Positions 27,177 to 37,058 of a stretch of 64,000 bases of DNA are shown piece by piece. Made by a program: the position numbers and the translations under genes. The notes under the pieces were generated by a model, which saw only the letters and a list, made by a program, of their open reading frames with translations, had not been told where the DNA came from and made no database searches. Position 1 is the first letter of the stretch; each line of letters begins with the position of its first letter. This stretch comes from an uncultured Chitinophagaceae bacterium (GTDB taxonomy: Bacteria; Bacteroidota; Bacteroidia; Chitinophagales; Chitinophagaceae), in the NCBI GenBank assembly GCA_963715585.1, contig OY970254.1:4039227-4103226 (forward strand). The letters are read 5' to 3'.

Positions 27177-28235
27177 TCATGCAAACACAGTATTCTTCTT
27201 TCTAACTACAAAAAGAAGTGAAACGATCACCATCAGCAAGATCATGGCAACAAACTGGTGCGATACACCCAATACAACCAGGCTGTTTGTATATGTGGCA
27301 TTCAATACCGTTAAGATACCCAGCAACACCTGCAGCAGCACCAATAGCACAACAGAAATACGAAGCCTGTTGAACAGTTTATTATTTGCAATTGCACGTG
27401 ATTTAAACCACCATATACCAATAAGCACAACCAATACATAAGCCAGTCCACGGTGAATAAAATGAATGGCGATAGGATTGGAAACCAGGTTTTTTGTAAA
27501 AGGCGAAAGTTCATTCATGGCCGGCAACATGCTGCCGTTAATATCTGGCCAGGTTGGTGCTGTAATTGCGGCCCTGAGTCCGGCCATAAAAGCGCCGTAT
27601 ATTAATTGAAAAAACAAAACTGTAAGTATCAGCAATAAAAAATTCTTCCATTTTGTATCAATAACTTTTTGATGCTCGGTAACAAGCAGGCTTAATGCAA
27701 ACCATAAAGTGTAACAAAGCAAACCCAATGCTGCAATAAAGTGAGTCGTCAGTTCAACATGGCCTACAAAATATTTTTCGGGCACCAGGCCGCTTTTTAC
27801 CATAAACCAACCAATAAAACCCTGTAGACCACCAAGCAGGAAAAGTATGACCATCGGTTTAATCATCCTTCCTTCAAATTTTTTCTTTACAAGGAAATAA
27901 ATAAAGCCAAATAAAAAAACCAACCCCATCAGCCGGGCCCAGGTACGGTGAAACCATTCCCAGAAGAAAATAAATTTAAACTCAGACAAAGTAAAATTCT
28001 GGTGAACGTATTTAAACTGATCTGTCACTTTGTATTTATCAAACTCCAACTGCCAGGCAGCATCATTCAGTGGAGGTAAACTGCCGGTAATAGGTTTCCA
28101 CTCGGTTATAGAAAGGCCCGATTCTGTTAAACGGGTAATACCACCCAGCAAAACCTGTATAATGATCATGCCCACACCAATCAAAAGCCAGTAAGCTATC
28201 TGGCGTTGTGAGCGTTGTTGTTGTAATGTATCCAT
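27177..28235 (-). CDS. ctaA: Heme A synthase (COX15/CtaA)
   Basis: Polytopic protein with a COX15-like N-terminus (GGITRLTESGLSITEW) and conserved His pairs. ATG at 28235 preferred over GTG at 28244. Confidence 0.85.
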   Translation of the reverse strand: MDTLQQQRSQRQIAYWLLIGVGMIIIQVLLGGITRLTESGLSITEWKPITGSLPPLNDAAWQLEFDKYKVTDQFKYVHQNFTLSEFKFIFFWEWFHRTWARLMGLVFLFGFIYFLVKKKFEGRMIKPMVILFLLGGLQGFIGWFMVKSGLVPEKYFVGHVELTTHFIAALGLLCYTLWFALSLLVTEHQKVIDTKWKNFLLLILTVLFFQLIYGAFMAGLRAAITAPTWPDINGSMLPAMNELSPFTKNLVSNPIAIHFIHRGLAYVLVVLIGIWWFKSRAIANNKLFNRLRISVVLLVLLQVLLGILTVLNATYTNSLVVLGVSHQFVAMILLMVIVSLLFVVRKKNTVFA

Positions 28236-28321
28236 TGCAACCACAAATTTACAGCAGCAAAAATGGTTATAGCAAAATGAATTGTTTTTTTATGGTTTTA
28301 TCTGATATTTGTTAAACACAG

Positions 28322-28918
28322 ATGTTAGCTCCTTTTTTACATAAACATTTACTGGAAGCCGGTTTGGATGAAGCCGGCCGTGGTTGTTATGCCGGGCCTG
28401 TGTTTGCTGCGGCTGTTATACTGCCAAAAGATTTTTATCATCCTTTGTTAAACGACAGCAAACAATTAAATGAAAAGCAGCGTGACCTGTTAAGGCCCAT
28501 CATCGAAAAAGAAAGTATTGCTTTTGCCGTTGCATCGGTAGATAATGTGACCATTGACAAAATAAATATTTTGCAGGCCAGTTTTACTGCCATGCATCTT
28601 TCTATTGATCAGTTAAAAATAACACCTGAGTTTTTACTGATTGATGGCAACCGGTTTAAAGTGTATCCAAGCATTCCGCATCAATGTATTGTAAAAGGCG
28701 ATGGGAAATATGCTTCTATTGCTGCGGCCAGCATTCTCGCCAAAACATACCGGGATGAGTTTATGCAAACAATTCATGCAGCATTTCCACAGTATGGCTG
28801 GGATAAAAATAAAGGTTATGGAACTGCATCACATCGCAAAGCCATTGATGCATCTGGACTTTGCTGCCATCACCGCAAAAGTTTTAATATAGATCCTGCA
28901 GGCTTTATTCAAAAATAA
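28322..28918 (+). CDS. rnhB: Ribonuclease HII
   Basis: 198 aa. GLDEAGRGCYAGPV and DSK motifs. Confidence 0.95.
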   Translation: MLAPFLHKHLLEAGLDEAGRGCYAGPVFAAAVILPKDFYHPLLNDSKQLNEKQRDLLRPIIEKESIAFAVASVDNVTIDKINILQASFTAMHLSIDQLKITPEFLLIDGNRFKVYPSIPHQCIVKGDGKYASIAAASILAKTYRDEFMQTIHAAFPQYGWDKNKGYGTASHRKAIDASGLCCHHRKSFNIDPAGFIQK

Positions 28919-29516
28919 ATTCACCCTGTCCCTGCCTGATGATCGTCCATTCATTGGTTGTGCAATCCACCACGGTTGATGGAATCATGCTTCCAATGCC
29001 GCCATCAATTACAAAATCGACTTTATCACCAAACTTTTCATAGATCACTTCGGGATCGGTATATTCTTCCACCATGTCGCCTGGCAGCGATGCACTGAGG
29101 ATGGGATTACCCAGCTCATCCAGAATATGATGACAAATAATATTATCCGGAACTCTAAGCCCTACTGTTGATTTTTTACTCTGCAGTATTTTGGGCACCT
29201 GTTTACTGGCCGGTAAAATAAATGTATATGGACCAGGTAAATAGCTTTTCAGCATCCGGTAAAGTGGCGTATCAATGGTTTTTGTGTAATCGCTTAAATG
29301 GCTCAGATCCCGGCAAATAAAAGATAGCTGTGCTTTTTGAGGATCTATATTTTTAATTTTACAAATGCGCTCAATGGCTTTGTGCTGATTGATATCGCAA
29401 CCCAGTCCGTAAATGGTATCAGTTGGATAAATAATTACACCGCCGTCTTTTAAACATTCGGTTACCTGTTTTACCAGGCGGGGCTGTGGATTTTCGGGAT
29501 GTATCTGAATTAACAC
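28905..29516 (-). CDS. tsaC: L-threonylcarbamoyladenylate synthase (YrdC/TsaC domain)
   Basis: 203 aa. YPTDTIYGLGCD motif. Confidence 0.85.
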   Translation of the reverse strand: MLIQIHPENPQPRLVKQVTECLKDGGVIIYPTDTIYGLGCDINQHKAIERICKIKNIDPQKAQLSFICRDLSHLSDYTKTIDTPLYRMLKSYLPGPYTFILPASKQVPKILQSKKSTVGLRVPDNIICHHILDELGNPILSASLPGDMVEEYTDPEVIYEKFGDKVDFVIDGGIGSMIPSTVVDCTTNEWTIIRQGQGEFIFE

Positions 29517-29589
29517 GATTTTTATTTCTATTTAAAATGATATGAATCTTTAATTGGCAGCACAACTTACTGAAATCATTTTAATCAGT

Positions 29590-29597
29590 TACTTTTG
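29590..29597 (+). promoter_or_regulatory. -7 promoter box TACTTTTG
   Basis: Matches TAnnTTTG. 31 nt upstream of the ATG at 29629. Confidence 0.4.
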
Positions 29598-29628
29598 CAG
29601 CTTTAATAAAACTTTATAAACTCAGCTT

Positions 29629-30552
29629 ATGTCAGTAATATGCGTTGGTACCATGGCTTTTGATGCTATTGAAACTCCTTTTGGAAAAGTAGATCAGATA
29701 GTGGGAGGCTCGGGCACTTATGTTGCTTATGCAGCCAGCAATTTTGTAACGCCCATTCAGCAAATTTCAATTGTTGGTTATGATTTCCCGCAGGAGGAAA
29801 TGGATGAAATGAAAAAACGTGGTGTTTCTTTAGAGGGTGTTGAAATTGTAAAGGATAAAAAATCTTTTTTCTGGAGTGGTAAATATCACCTGGACATGAA
29901 CAGCCGTGACACACTGGTTACCGACCTGAATGTGCTGGCAGATTTCAACCCCATAGTACCGGATAGCTATCAGGGTGCAGAGTTTTTAATACTGGGTAAC
30001 CTGGCACCGGATATACAAATGAGTGTGATCAACCAGTTAAAGGTTCGTCCGAAACTGATTGTGATGGACACCATGAATTTCTGGATGGATATTGCCATGG
30101 ATGGATTAAAGGATGTTTTGAAAAAAGTAGACGTGCTGCTGGTTAATGATGCAGAAGCCCGCCAGTTAAGTGGCGAACTTTCGTTGGTAAAAGCTGCCAA
30201 GTTAATTATGGAGATGGGGCCACAATTTTTAATTATTAAGAAAGGAGAACACGGTGCTTTATTATTTCACAAAGAACATGTTTTCTTTGCGCCGGCCTTA
30301 CCATTAGAAGAAGTTTTTGACCCAACAGGCGCAGGCGATACTTTTGCCGGCGGCTTTATCGGTCATCTTGCCAAAACAAAAGACACTAGTTTTGAAAATA
30401 TGAAAACTGCCATTATTGTAGGCAGTGCCATGGCAAGTTTTTGTGTGGAGAAGTTTGGGCCCGAAAGATTGAAAGAAATTACAAAAGCAGATATTGACGC
30501 AAGATTAAGTGAGTTTGTGCAGTTGGTAAATTTTGATATTGATTTGGTGTAA
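29629..30552 (+). CDS. PfkB-family carbohydrate kinase
   Basis: 307 aa. DPTGAGDTFAGG motif. Confidence 0.85.
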   Translation: MSVICVGTMAFDAIETPFGKVDQIVGGSGTYVAYAASNFVTPIQQISIVGYDFPQEEMDEMKKRGVSLEGVEIVKDKKSFFWSGKYHLDMNSRDTLVTDLNVLADFNPIVPDSYQGAEFLILGNLAPDIQMSVINQLKVRPKLIVMDTMNFWMDIAMDGLKDVLKKVDVLLVNDAEARQLSGELSLVKAAKLIMEMGPQFLIIKKGEHGALLFHKEHVFFAPALPLEEVFDPTGAGDTFAGGFIGHLAKTKDTSFENMKTAIIVGSAMASFCVEKFGPERLKEITKADIDARLSEFVQLVNFDIDLV

Positions 30553-30574
30553 CCAAATAAAAAATATTTTAAAA

Positions 30575-30607
30575 AATGCCCTGGCCTATCCGGGGCATTT
30601 TTTTGTT
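30575..30607. terminator. Bidirectional intrinsic terminator
   Basis: 10-bp stem AATGCCCTGG/CCGGGGCATT (one G-U pair), 5-nt loop, flanked by an A-run and a T-run. Lies between convergent genes. Confidence 0.75.
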
Positions 30608-30624
30608 TGCAGGAAGCGTTGCTT

Positions 30625-31641
30625 TTAAAATTTTACTTTGTACCTGATGCCTTCTTTACCGTCAAACAGTATTTCTATATAGTACAATGAATTTTCTTTT
30701 ACAACATACTCAAACCTGTAAATATTATTCGCCCATTCGGCTTTATTGGTAAGGAGTATTTCAGCGTTTTTATAGTTGTTGGTATTAACCTGTATGTTTT
30801 TTACCGGTTTCTTAAAAGTAAAGCCAAAGTGTATGGTATCCCCAATATGGGTTTTTAACACGCCGCTGTCCGGAGTATTGCTTTCCATATTCCGGATCAG
30901 TTCATTCGGATAAAAAAAAGGCGTATTAAAGAACTGTTCTTTTGTACGGCCTGTTTCTGCTATCCATTTTTCATCCGTGGGGAAATGATTACGCAAGAAT
31001 TTTTGTTTTGGTGTTTGCCAGTAAAAATCTTTATACTGTTTAACAAAATCCGTCAGCTTACCAGATTCTTCATCTACTTTACATGAACCCGCAGCCCAGG
31101 TAACATCAAAATAATAATTTACGCTGCCAAGGTTTACCACATTCCAGGTATGACTTACGTTTAATACAAGCCCTATCTGAAAAGGCGTTTTCCTTACATA
31201 TCCATCAACCATTTCATTTTGAATACCTGCTATGTTACACATTTTTTTAAACAATTTTGTATAACCATTGCACACTGTTTTCTTTTTATTCAATACATGT
31301 TCCAGGTGTTTATTATTCCAATCCAAACGGGCTTGTGTACAGGTTTCCTTGCTTCCGTGGCACTCAAAACGATTCCATTCATTACTCCCGCTGTTAAAGA
31401 GTTTATAATCGTATTCAATATTATCGGCTATCCAGATGAATATGGCCCGTAATTTATACATACTGTCTGTATATGGCGTTGTCAGTGTGTTGGTTAGTTC
31501 CTGCAGGTCGCCGTTATACCTTACAGTTCTTGCAAATTCATCTACCTGTTGAAAATTGGCATTACTGTTACTGTTTTGAGAAAATACCGGCACTGCCAGC
31601 ATAGATAAAAAAAATAAAAAAACAAACCATTGTTTTAGCAT
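30625..31641 (-). CDS. Transglutaminase-like (Cys-His-Asp core) secreted protein
   Basis: Signal peptide. CNGYTKLF...HTWNVV...D core pattern. ATG at 31641 preferred. Confidence 0.7.
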   Translation of the reverse strand: MLKQWFVFLFFLSMLAVPVFSQNSNSNANFQQVDEFARTVRYNGDLQELTNTLTTPYTDSMYKLRAIFIWIADNIEYDYKLFNSGSNEWNRFECHGSKETCTQARLDWNNKHLEHVLNKKKTVCNGYTKLFKKMCNIAGIQNEMVDGYVRKTPFQIGLVLNVSHTWNVVNLGSVNYYFDVTWAAGSCKVDEESGKLTDFVKQYKDFYWQTPKQKFLRNHFPTDEKWIAETGRTKEQFFNTPFFYPNELIRNMESNTPDSGVLKTHIGDTIHFGFTFKKPVKNIQVNTNNYKNAEILLTNKAEWANNIYRFEYVVKENSLYYIEILFDGKEGIRYKVKF

Positions 31642-31668
31642 GGGCACAAAAAATTTACTGTTTAAATA

Positions 31669-31715
31669 AGGATAAAATCTTTACCGGCTTAAAAAGCCTG
31701 TAAAGATTTTATCCT
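31669..31715 (-). terminator. Long hairpin downstream of ptrB
   Basis: 16-bp arms AGGATAAAATCTTTAC/GTAAAGATTTTATCCT enclose a GGCTT-AAAA-AGCC mini-hairpin. Confidence 0.55.
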
Positions 31716-31723
31716 CTTCATTT

Positions 31724-33889
31724 TTATTTTGTTATCCCTTCCAGCGCAAACAAAAATGCATATTCTCTTGCCCGGTCTTTTAGTGCTTTAAATCTTCCGC
31801 TGGCACCACCATGCCCGGCTTCCATATTGGTGTACAGCATCAACTTGTTCTTATCTGTTTTCATTTCACGCAGTTTGGCAACCCATTTGGCCGGTTCAAA
31901 ATATTGTACCTGGCTATCGTGCAGGCCGGTTGTTACCAGCATGTTGGGATATGCCTGTTTGGTTACATTATCGTAAGGCGAGTACGATTTCATGTACATA
32001 TAATTTTCTTTATTGGCAGGATTGCCCCACTCATCGTATTCATTTGTTGTAAGGGGAATGGATGGATCACTCATGGTAGTGAGCACATCAACAAACGGAA
32101 CACCGGCAATAACACCATGCCACAGATCGGGCCGCATATTTACCACAGCACCCATCAGCAAACCGCCGGCACTGCCCCCGCTGGTATACAAATGTTCTTT
32201 GCTGGTATATTTACCTGCCAGTAAAAATTCAGCACAGTCAATAAAATCGGTAAATGTATTTTTCTTCTTCATCATCTTGCCATCTTCGTACCAGCTTCTG
32301 CCCATCTCCTGTCCGCCACGTATATGGGCTATGGCAAATGCAAAACCACGATCCAGTAAACTTAATCTTACACTGCTAAAGGAAGCTTCCATGCTGGCGC
32401 CGTAAGAACCATAGCCGTACAACATCAATGGAGCATTGCCATCTTTTTTAAACCCTTTTTTATAAACTATTGAGATGGGAATTTTTGTTCCGTCTTTTGC
32501 AGTTGCCATTACTCTTTCCGTTTCATAATCTGCCGGTTTAAAACTGCCGATCACTTCCTGCTGCTTCATCAGTTTCTTTTCTTTGGTAACCATATTGTAA
32601 TCATAAACCGAATTAGGTGTGGTAAGCGATGTGTAATTATACCGCATCACGTCTGTATTGTAATCGGGTATATAAGATATGTTGGCAGCATAGGCAGCTT
32701 CATCAAATTTCAGATAATGAGAGCTGTTGTCTTTTGTATTTAAAATATGAATTTGTGTTAAGCCATCTTTTCTTTCCGAAATAGCCATGTAGTTTTTAAA
32801 CAGGTCAAATCCCTGTATCAGTATTTTATCATTATGCGCTACCAGGTCAGTCCAGGCTGATGAATCAGTCTTTGTTTCGGCACATGTTACTATCTTGAAA
32901 TTCTTTGCATTGAGATTGGTGCGTATGTAAAATTTATCATTGGCATGATCAACATTGTACAACACTTCCTTCATGCGGGATTGAAAAACTTTAAATGCAT
33001 CTTCAGGTTTATTGGCGTCAATATACCTGTACTCAGATGAAAGCGTGGCGCTGGAACCAATGAAAATAAATTTATCTGACTTGGTTTTACTTACACCAAT
33101 ATAATTGGTGGGGTCTTTTTCTTCGTACACTGTTTTATCTGTTGCTGCATCGGTGCCCAGTTTGTGCCTTTTAATTTTTTCGGATAAAAGTGTTACCGCA
33201 TTTTTGGAAGTATAAAACAACGTAAGGTTATCATTTGCCCAAACAGGGTCTCCTTCTGTATTAGGAATTTTGTCTTTGTAAATCTCTCCCGTCTCCAGAT
33301 TTTTTACATAGATGTCGTACTGGCGTCTGCTCAGCATATCAATACCATAAGCCAAAAGTTTATTATCCATGCTCACATCAAAACCTGTGGCCGAAAAATA
33401 ATTATGCCCTTCGGCCATGGCATTTACATCCAGCAAAATTTCTTCTGCAGCCTGCAGCGTTCCTTTTTTACGGCAGTACACAAAATAGTCTTTGCCTTCT
33501 ACCACACGGCTGTAATAAAAATATCCATTCTTAAATGTAGGTACGCTCTCATCCTTTTCTTTTATCCTCGCTTTCATTTCAGTGTACAGGTTTTCCTGCA
33601 GGATTTTTGTGCCGCTCATCATGGTATCATAATAGGCATTCTCTGCTTTCAGGTAGTCAACCACTTTGGTACTGTCGGGCCCTTTTTTAAAATAATCATT
33701 CATCCAGTAATAATTATCAATACGGGTATCGCCATGGGCAATTAATTCCTTCGCTTTCTTTTCGGCAACAGGCGGCGCAACACTGTCGGCCCATTTATAG
33801 GCAGTCTTTGTCATTTCTGAATCTTTATTATTACATGATAAAATTACCAACGCAGCAATGATGATTGCCGGCATGATCTTGTTTTGCAT
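31724..33889 (-). CDS. ptrB: Oligopeptidase B / prolyl oligopeptidase family S9A
   Basis: 721 aa. Lipoprotein-like N-terminus, beta-propeller region and a GGSAGGLLMG nucleophile motif. Confidence 0.85.
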   Translation of the reverse strand: MQNKIMPAIIIAALVILSCNNKDSEMTKTAYKWADSVAPPVAEKKAKELIAHGDTRIDNYYWMNDYFKKGPDSTKVVDYLKAENAYYDTMMSGTKILQENLYTEMKARIKEKDESVPTFKNGYFYYSRVVEGKDYFVYCRKKGTLQAAEEILLDVNAMAEGHNYFSATGFDVSMDNKLLAYGIDMLSRRQYDIYVKNLETGEIYKDKIPNTEGDPVWANDNLTLFYTSKNAVTLLSEKIKRHKLGTDAATDKTVYEEKDPTNYIGVSKTKSDKFIFIGSSATLSSEYRYIDANKPEDAFKVFQSRMKEVLYNVDHANDKFYIRTNLNAKNFKIVTCAETKTDSSAWTDLVAHNDKILIQGFDLFKNYMAISERKDGLTQIHILNTKDNSSHYLKFDEAAYAANISYIPDYNTDVMRYNYTSLTTPNSVYDYNMVTKEKKLMKQQEVIGSFKPADYETERVMATAKDGTKIPISIVYKKGFKKDGNAPLMLYGYGSYGASMEASFSSVRLSLLDRGFAFAIAHIRGGQEMGRSWYEDGKMMKKKNTFTDFIDCAEFLLAGKYTSKEHLYTSGGSAGGLLMGAVVNMRPDLWHGVIAGVPFVDVLTTMSDPSIPLTTNEYDEWGNPANKENYMYMKSYSPYDNVTKQAYPNMLVTTGLHDSQVQYFEPAKWVAKLREMKTDKNKLMLYTNMEAGHGGASGRFKALKDRAREYAFLFALEGITK

Positions 33890-33911
33890 AAACTTTATTT
33901 TGGTTGATTAA

Positions 33912-35630
33912 TTAATTTTTGCGTGCCAGCACAATGGTATTCTTAAACTGCTTTTTCTTTCCAGCCAGGTTAAACACTTCGGTATACATAACATAAATAC
34001 CCACCGGAAGCTTCTGGAATTTTTCTCCAAGTCCATCCCACCGGAAGTTACCTTTTATTCCGCACAATGCATTGCGCTGCAGGTAACGAACCGTTCTGCC
34101 GTTTGCATCAAAAATGGTAATATTGGCCACATAGCCGGGCGATGGAAAACTGTAATCAATCGTTGCAAAATCATCCAGGCCATCATTATCCGGCGATACA
34201 ATTTCGGGTGTCAACGTTATTTCGCCCTGCACCTGAAGATCAAGCCGGTATTGCGAATTCTTGTATGTTGGCGTGCCATAGCCCACACTGGTTGCTGCAC
34301 TATGCCAGTTTGATTCCTGCTGTGTTGCGGCATTATAATCTATCCGCTCCAGCGCTACACCTTCCCGGTTATCAATCAGTTTAAAATGCCATTTTTCGTG
34401 ATACTTCAATTCGTCGGTAATATTTCCCTGTGCATTTAAAATGATCACATCACCTTCATCATCATTAAACGATGGCATGGATGCAACTGTTACAAATGCA
34501 TCCATATTTTGTATGATGAAATCTCTTTTTACAATTGCCGGGTCTTCTGTTATCACCATAAAATCCTGCGGAAACAATAAATAATTATCAGCACTCAGTT
34601 GTTTTATACTGCTGATAACACCGGCGGTATTCCGGTTGGCGATATACATTTGTTTTAAGTCGATGATCTTATTGCTGCGGTTATAAACTTCTACATAATC
34701 TGTTCCATTTGATTTGGGGTTGAATAAAATTTCATTGATTACAATAGCCAGGCTATCGGCTGTTTCACTTAATCCCAGCCTTGCTTTGTTTTTTGTGCCG
34801 ATGATATTACCCTTGCAATCTGTAACGGCCGATACAGTAATGGTATATACTTTATTGCGGAGCAGCGGCGTATTCAACCGCAAGGTTACTTTATCAAAAG
34901 TTGGTGCAATGGCAATAGCTGATTGAGGAATGCCAATACCATCACTGATACTGTAATTGCCTGCCGTAGCTGCTTTTAAACTATCCAGCGGCTCATCAAA
35001 AACCAAACTAATATTTACACTATCTGCTGCATAAGCCCTTAATAACTGCGGTGCTTTTGCATCAGCATTCAGGGCATCCACCGCATTTTTCTTTCCCGGT
35101 GTACCTCCTTTTATATCAGTGCTCGCTTTCCAGTTTGTAAAACCACTACAAGGATTTTTTGTGTCTATCATTTCCAGTGTCCAGCCGCCGTCTTTTTTTA
35201 ATTCATTCTGGTACCAGGCATCGGCATAACTCACTGCATGTATAATTCTGTTTTGCGGACTGCGTAGATAAATAACATCGCCGGTATTGTCCAGCGAAGG
35301 AAAGCTGGTAACGGAAATGGTTGGCCCGTAGGCACTCATGGCTGCTACCGCACTGGCTGTACAAACAATTACAAAACTATCGGGCAGTAAATTATAAGAT
35401 GGCATGGCACCACTTTGGCCGGTGGCATCGCCGATGCGCCAGCCCAGTAAATTAAATGCGGTGTTAGATGTATTACGTAACTCTATCCACTCATTGTTAG
35501 GTAGACCAACTTGCGGCGTTGGGTCGGCCATCAGTTCATCAATTACAATATCATAGCGGTTTGCAACCTGTGCATGAGCAATAAAACCACTAAGTATAAA
35601 AAAGACAAGTGGGCTGAATTTTTTAAACAT
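33912..35630 (-). CDS. Secreted protein with two lamin-tail (LTD) domains and a CHU_C/FlgD-Ig-like C-terminal region
   Basis: VIDELMADP...NEWIELRN and VINEILFNP...DYVEVYN are LTD motifs. The C-terminus has SPDNDGLDDF. Confidence 0.7.
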   Translation of the reverse strand: MFKKFSPLVFFILSGFIAHAQVANRYDIVIDELMADPTPQVGLPNNEWIELRNTSNTAFNLLGWRIGDATGQSGAMPSYNLLPDSFVIVCTASAVAAMSAYGPTISVTSFPSLDNTGDVIYLRSPQNRIIHAVSYADAWYQNELKKDGGWTLEMIDTKNPCSGFTNWKASTDIKGGTPGKKNAVDALNADAKAPQLLRAYAADSVNISLVFDEPLDSLKAATAGNYSISDGIGIPQSAIAIAPTFDKVTLRLNTPLLRNKVYTITVSAVTDCKGNIIGTKNKARLGLSETADSLAIVINEILFNPKSNGTDYVEVYNRSNKIIDLKQMYIANRNTAGVISSIKQLSADNYLLFPQDFMVITEDPAIVKRDFIIQNMDAFVTVASMPSFNDDEGDVIILNAQGNITDELKYHEKWHFKLIDNREGVALERIDYNAATQQESNWHSAATSVGYGTPTYKNSQYRLDLQVQGEITLTPEIVSPDNDGLDDFATIDYSFPSPGYVANITIFDANGRTVRYLQRNALCGIKGNFRWDGLGEKFQKLPVGIYVMYTEVFNLAGKKKQFKNTIVLARKN

Positions 35631-35689
35631 GGGCACTTATTTAGTTATTAAAAATATAAATAATTTGGAAAGAATACCAGTTTTCTGGT

Positions 35690-35819
35690 TACATTTGTAC
35701 CCAACATGCAAACAATAAAATTTATAAAACAGTCAAAGAAACCATTTTTAATAAAGGGGGTTTGATGTTTTATTTTAAAAATAAGTACAGGCCTTCCTAA
35801 AACGGGAAGGCTTTTTTTT
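35690..35819 (+). promoter_or_regulatory. Candidate leader/attenuator or small RNA unit upstream of asd
   Basis: -7 box TACATTTG (35690-35697), a 19-codon mini-ORF (35706-35765, MQTIKFIKQSKKPFLIKGV) and an intrinsic terminator at 35789-35819. No plus-strand gene lies upstream. Confidence 0.45.
35789..35819 (+). terminator. Intrinsic terminator 45 nt upstream of the asd start
   Basis: Stem GCCTTCC/GGAAGGC, 7-nt loop, followed by T8. Confidence 0.7.
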
Positions 35820-35863
35820 AACTTAAAAACTCTCTGTAAAAAGAGACCTGGGGGGAACAAAAT

Positions 35864-36853
35864 ATGAAAGTTGCAGTAGTAGGCGCCACCGGACTGGTAG
35901 GCACAAAAATGTTACAGGTACTGGCCGAAAGGAATTTTCCTGTAGATGAACTGATTCCGGTTGCTTCGGAAAGAAGCATTGGAAAAGAAATAACCTTTAA
36001 AGACAAACAGTACAAAATTGTAAGTGCTGCAGATGCCATTGCCGCCAAACCGGATGTGGCTATTTTTTCTGCAGGTGGCAGCACTTCTTTAGAGCTGGCC
36101 CCGCAATTTGCAGCAGCCGGCATTACTGTGATAGACAACTCCAGTGCATGGCGCATGGACCCTACGAAAAAACTGGTGGTGCCCGAAGTAAATGCTGATG
36201 TGTTGACAAAGGAAGACAAGATCATTGCAAACCCCAACTGCTCTACCATACAAATGGTGGTGGTTTTAAAACCCCTGCACGATAAATACAAAATAAAAAG
36301 AGTGGTGGTTAGCACGTACCAAAGTGTTACCGGCACCGGCGTAAAAGCTGTAACGCAATTAATGAACGAGCGTAAAGGTATTGAAGGCGAGATGGCTTAC
36401 AAATATCCCATCGACTTAAATGCTATACCGCATATTGATGTGTTCCTGGAAAATGGTTATACCAAAGAAGAAATGAAAATGGTTTTGGAGACCAACAAAA
36501 TAATTGGAGATGAGAATATTAAAGTTACCGCTACCTGCGTACGCATACCAACCATGGGCGGCCACAGTGAAAGCGTGAATATTGAATTTGAAAATGATTT
36601 TGACCTGGCCGAAGTAAGAGATATACTCAGCAAGGCTCCGGGTGTTGTTTTAAAAGATGATGTTGCCAATTTCATTTATCCTATGCCTTTAACAGCGCAT
36701 GAAAAAGATGATACGTTTGTTGGCCGTATAAGAAGAGATGAAACCCAGCCCAACACTTTAAACTGCTGGATAGTGAGTGATAACCTGCGTAAAGGCGCTG
36801 CTACCAATGCGGTGCAGATAGCGGAGTATTTAAATGAAAAGGGAATGTTGTAA
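35864..36853 (+). CDS. asd: Aspartate-semialdehyde dehydrogenase
   Basis: 329 aa. N-terminal GATGLVG Rossmann motif and active-site NPNCSTI. Confidence 0.95.
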   Translation: MKVAVVGATGLVGTKMLQVLAERNFPVDELIPVASERSIGKEITFKDKQYKIVSAADAIAAKPDVAIFSAGGSTSLELAPQFAAAGITVIDNSSAWRMDPTKKLVVPEVNADVLTKEDKIIANPNCSTIQMVVVLKPLHDKYKIKRVVVSTYQSVTGTGVKAVTQLMNERKGIEGEMAYKYPIDLNAIPHIDVFLENGYTKEEMKMVLETNKIIGDENIKVTATCVRIPTMGGHSESVNIEFENDFDLAEVRDILSKAPGVVLKDDVANFIYPMPLTAHEKDDTFVGRIRRDETQPNTLNCWIVSDNLRKGAATNAVQIAEYLNEKGML

Positions 36854-36858
36854 CCAAA

Positions 36859-37051
36859 ACCCCCTCCGCCCCCTGAAGGGGGAACTGACCATGGAGTAGA
36901 ACAAAGCGAAAATCGAATCGGAATATTTTTATAACAAAAGAGCCATCAAAATTGATGGCTCTTTTAAATTTTTATCTCAATCTCTTTATAAAGAAAAAAG
37001 AGGTTGGTAGTTACATACTCCAAAGTTCCCCCTTCAGGGGGCGGAGGGGGT
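36859..37051. repeat. MITE-like element with 28-bp perfect terminal inverted repeats around a terminator hairpin
   Basis: ACCCCCTCCGCCCCCTGAAGGGGGAACT (36859-36886) is the exact reverse complement of 37024-37051. Each arm contains a CCCCC-TGAA-GGGGG mini-hairpin. Confidence 0.6.
36937..36965. terminator. Bidirectional terminator between asd and korB
   Basis: AAAAGAGCCATCA-AAAT-TGATGGCTCTTTT. Confidence 0.7.
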
Positions 37052-37058
37052 GTCTTTT

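Noticed and set aside
35818-36336. 172-aa ORF antisense to asd, and the 70-aa ORF at 35648-35860
   Set aside because: The first lies inside a highly recognisable asd gene. The second overlaps the promoter and terminator unit and has no coding features.
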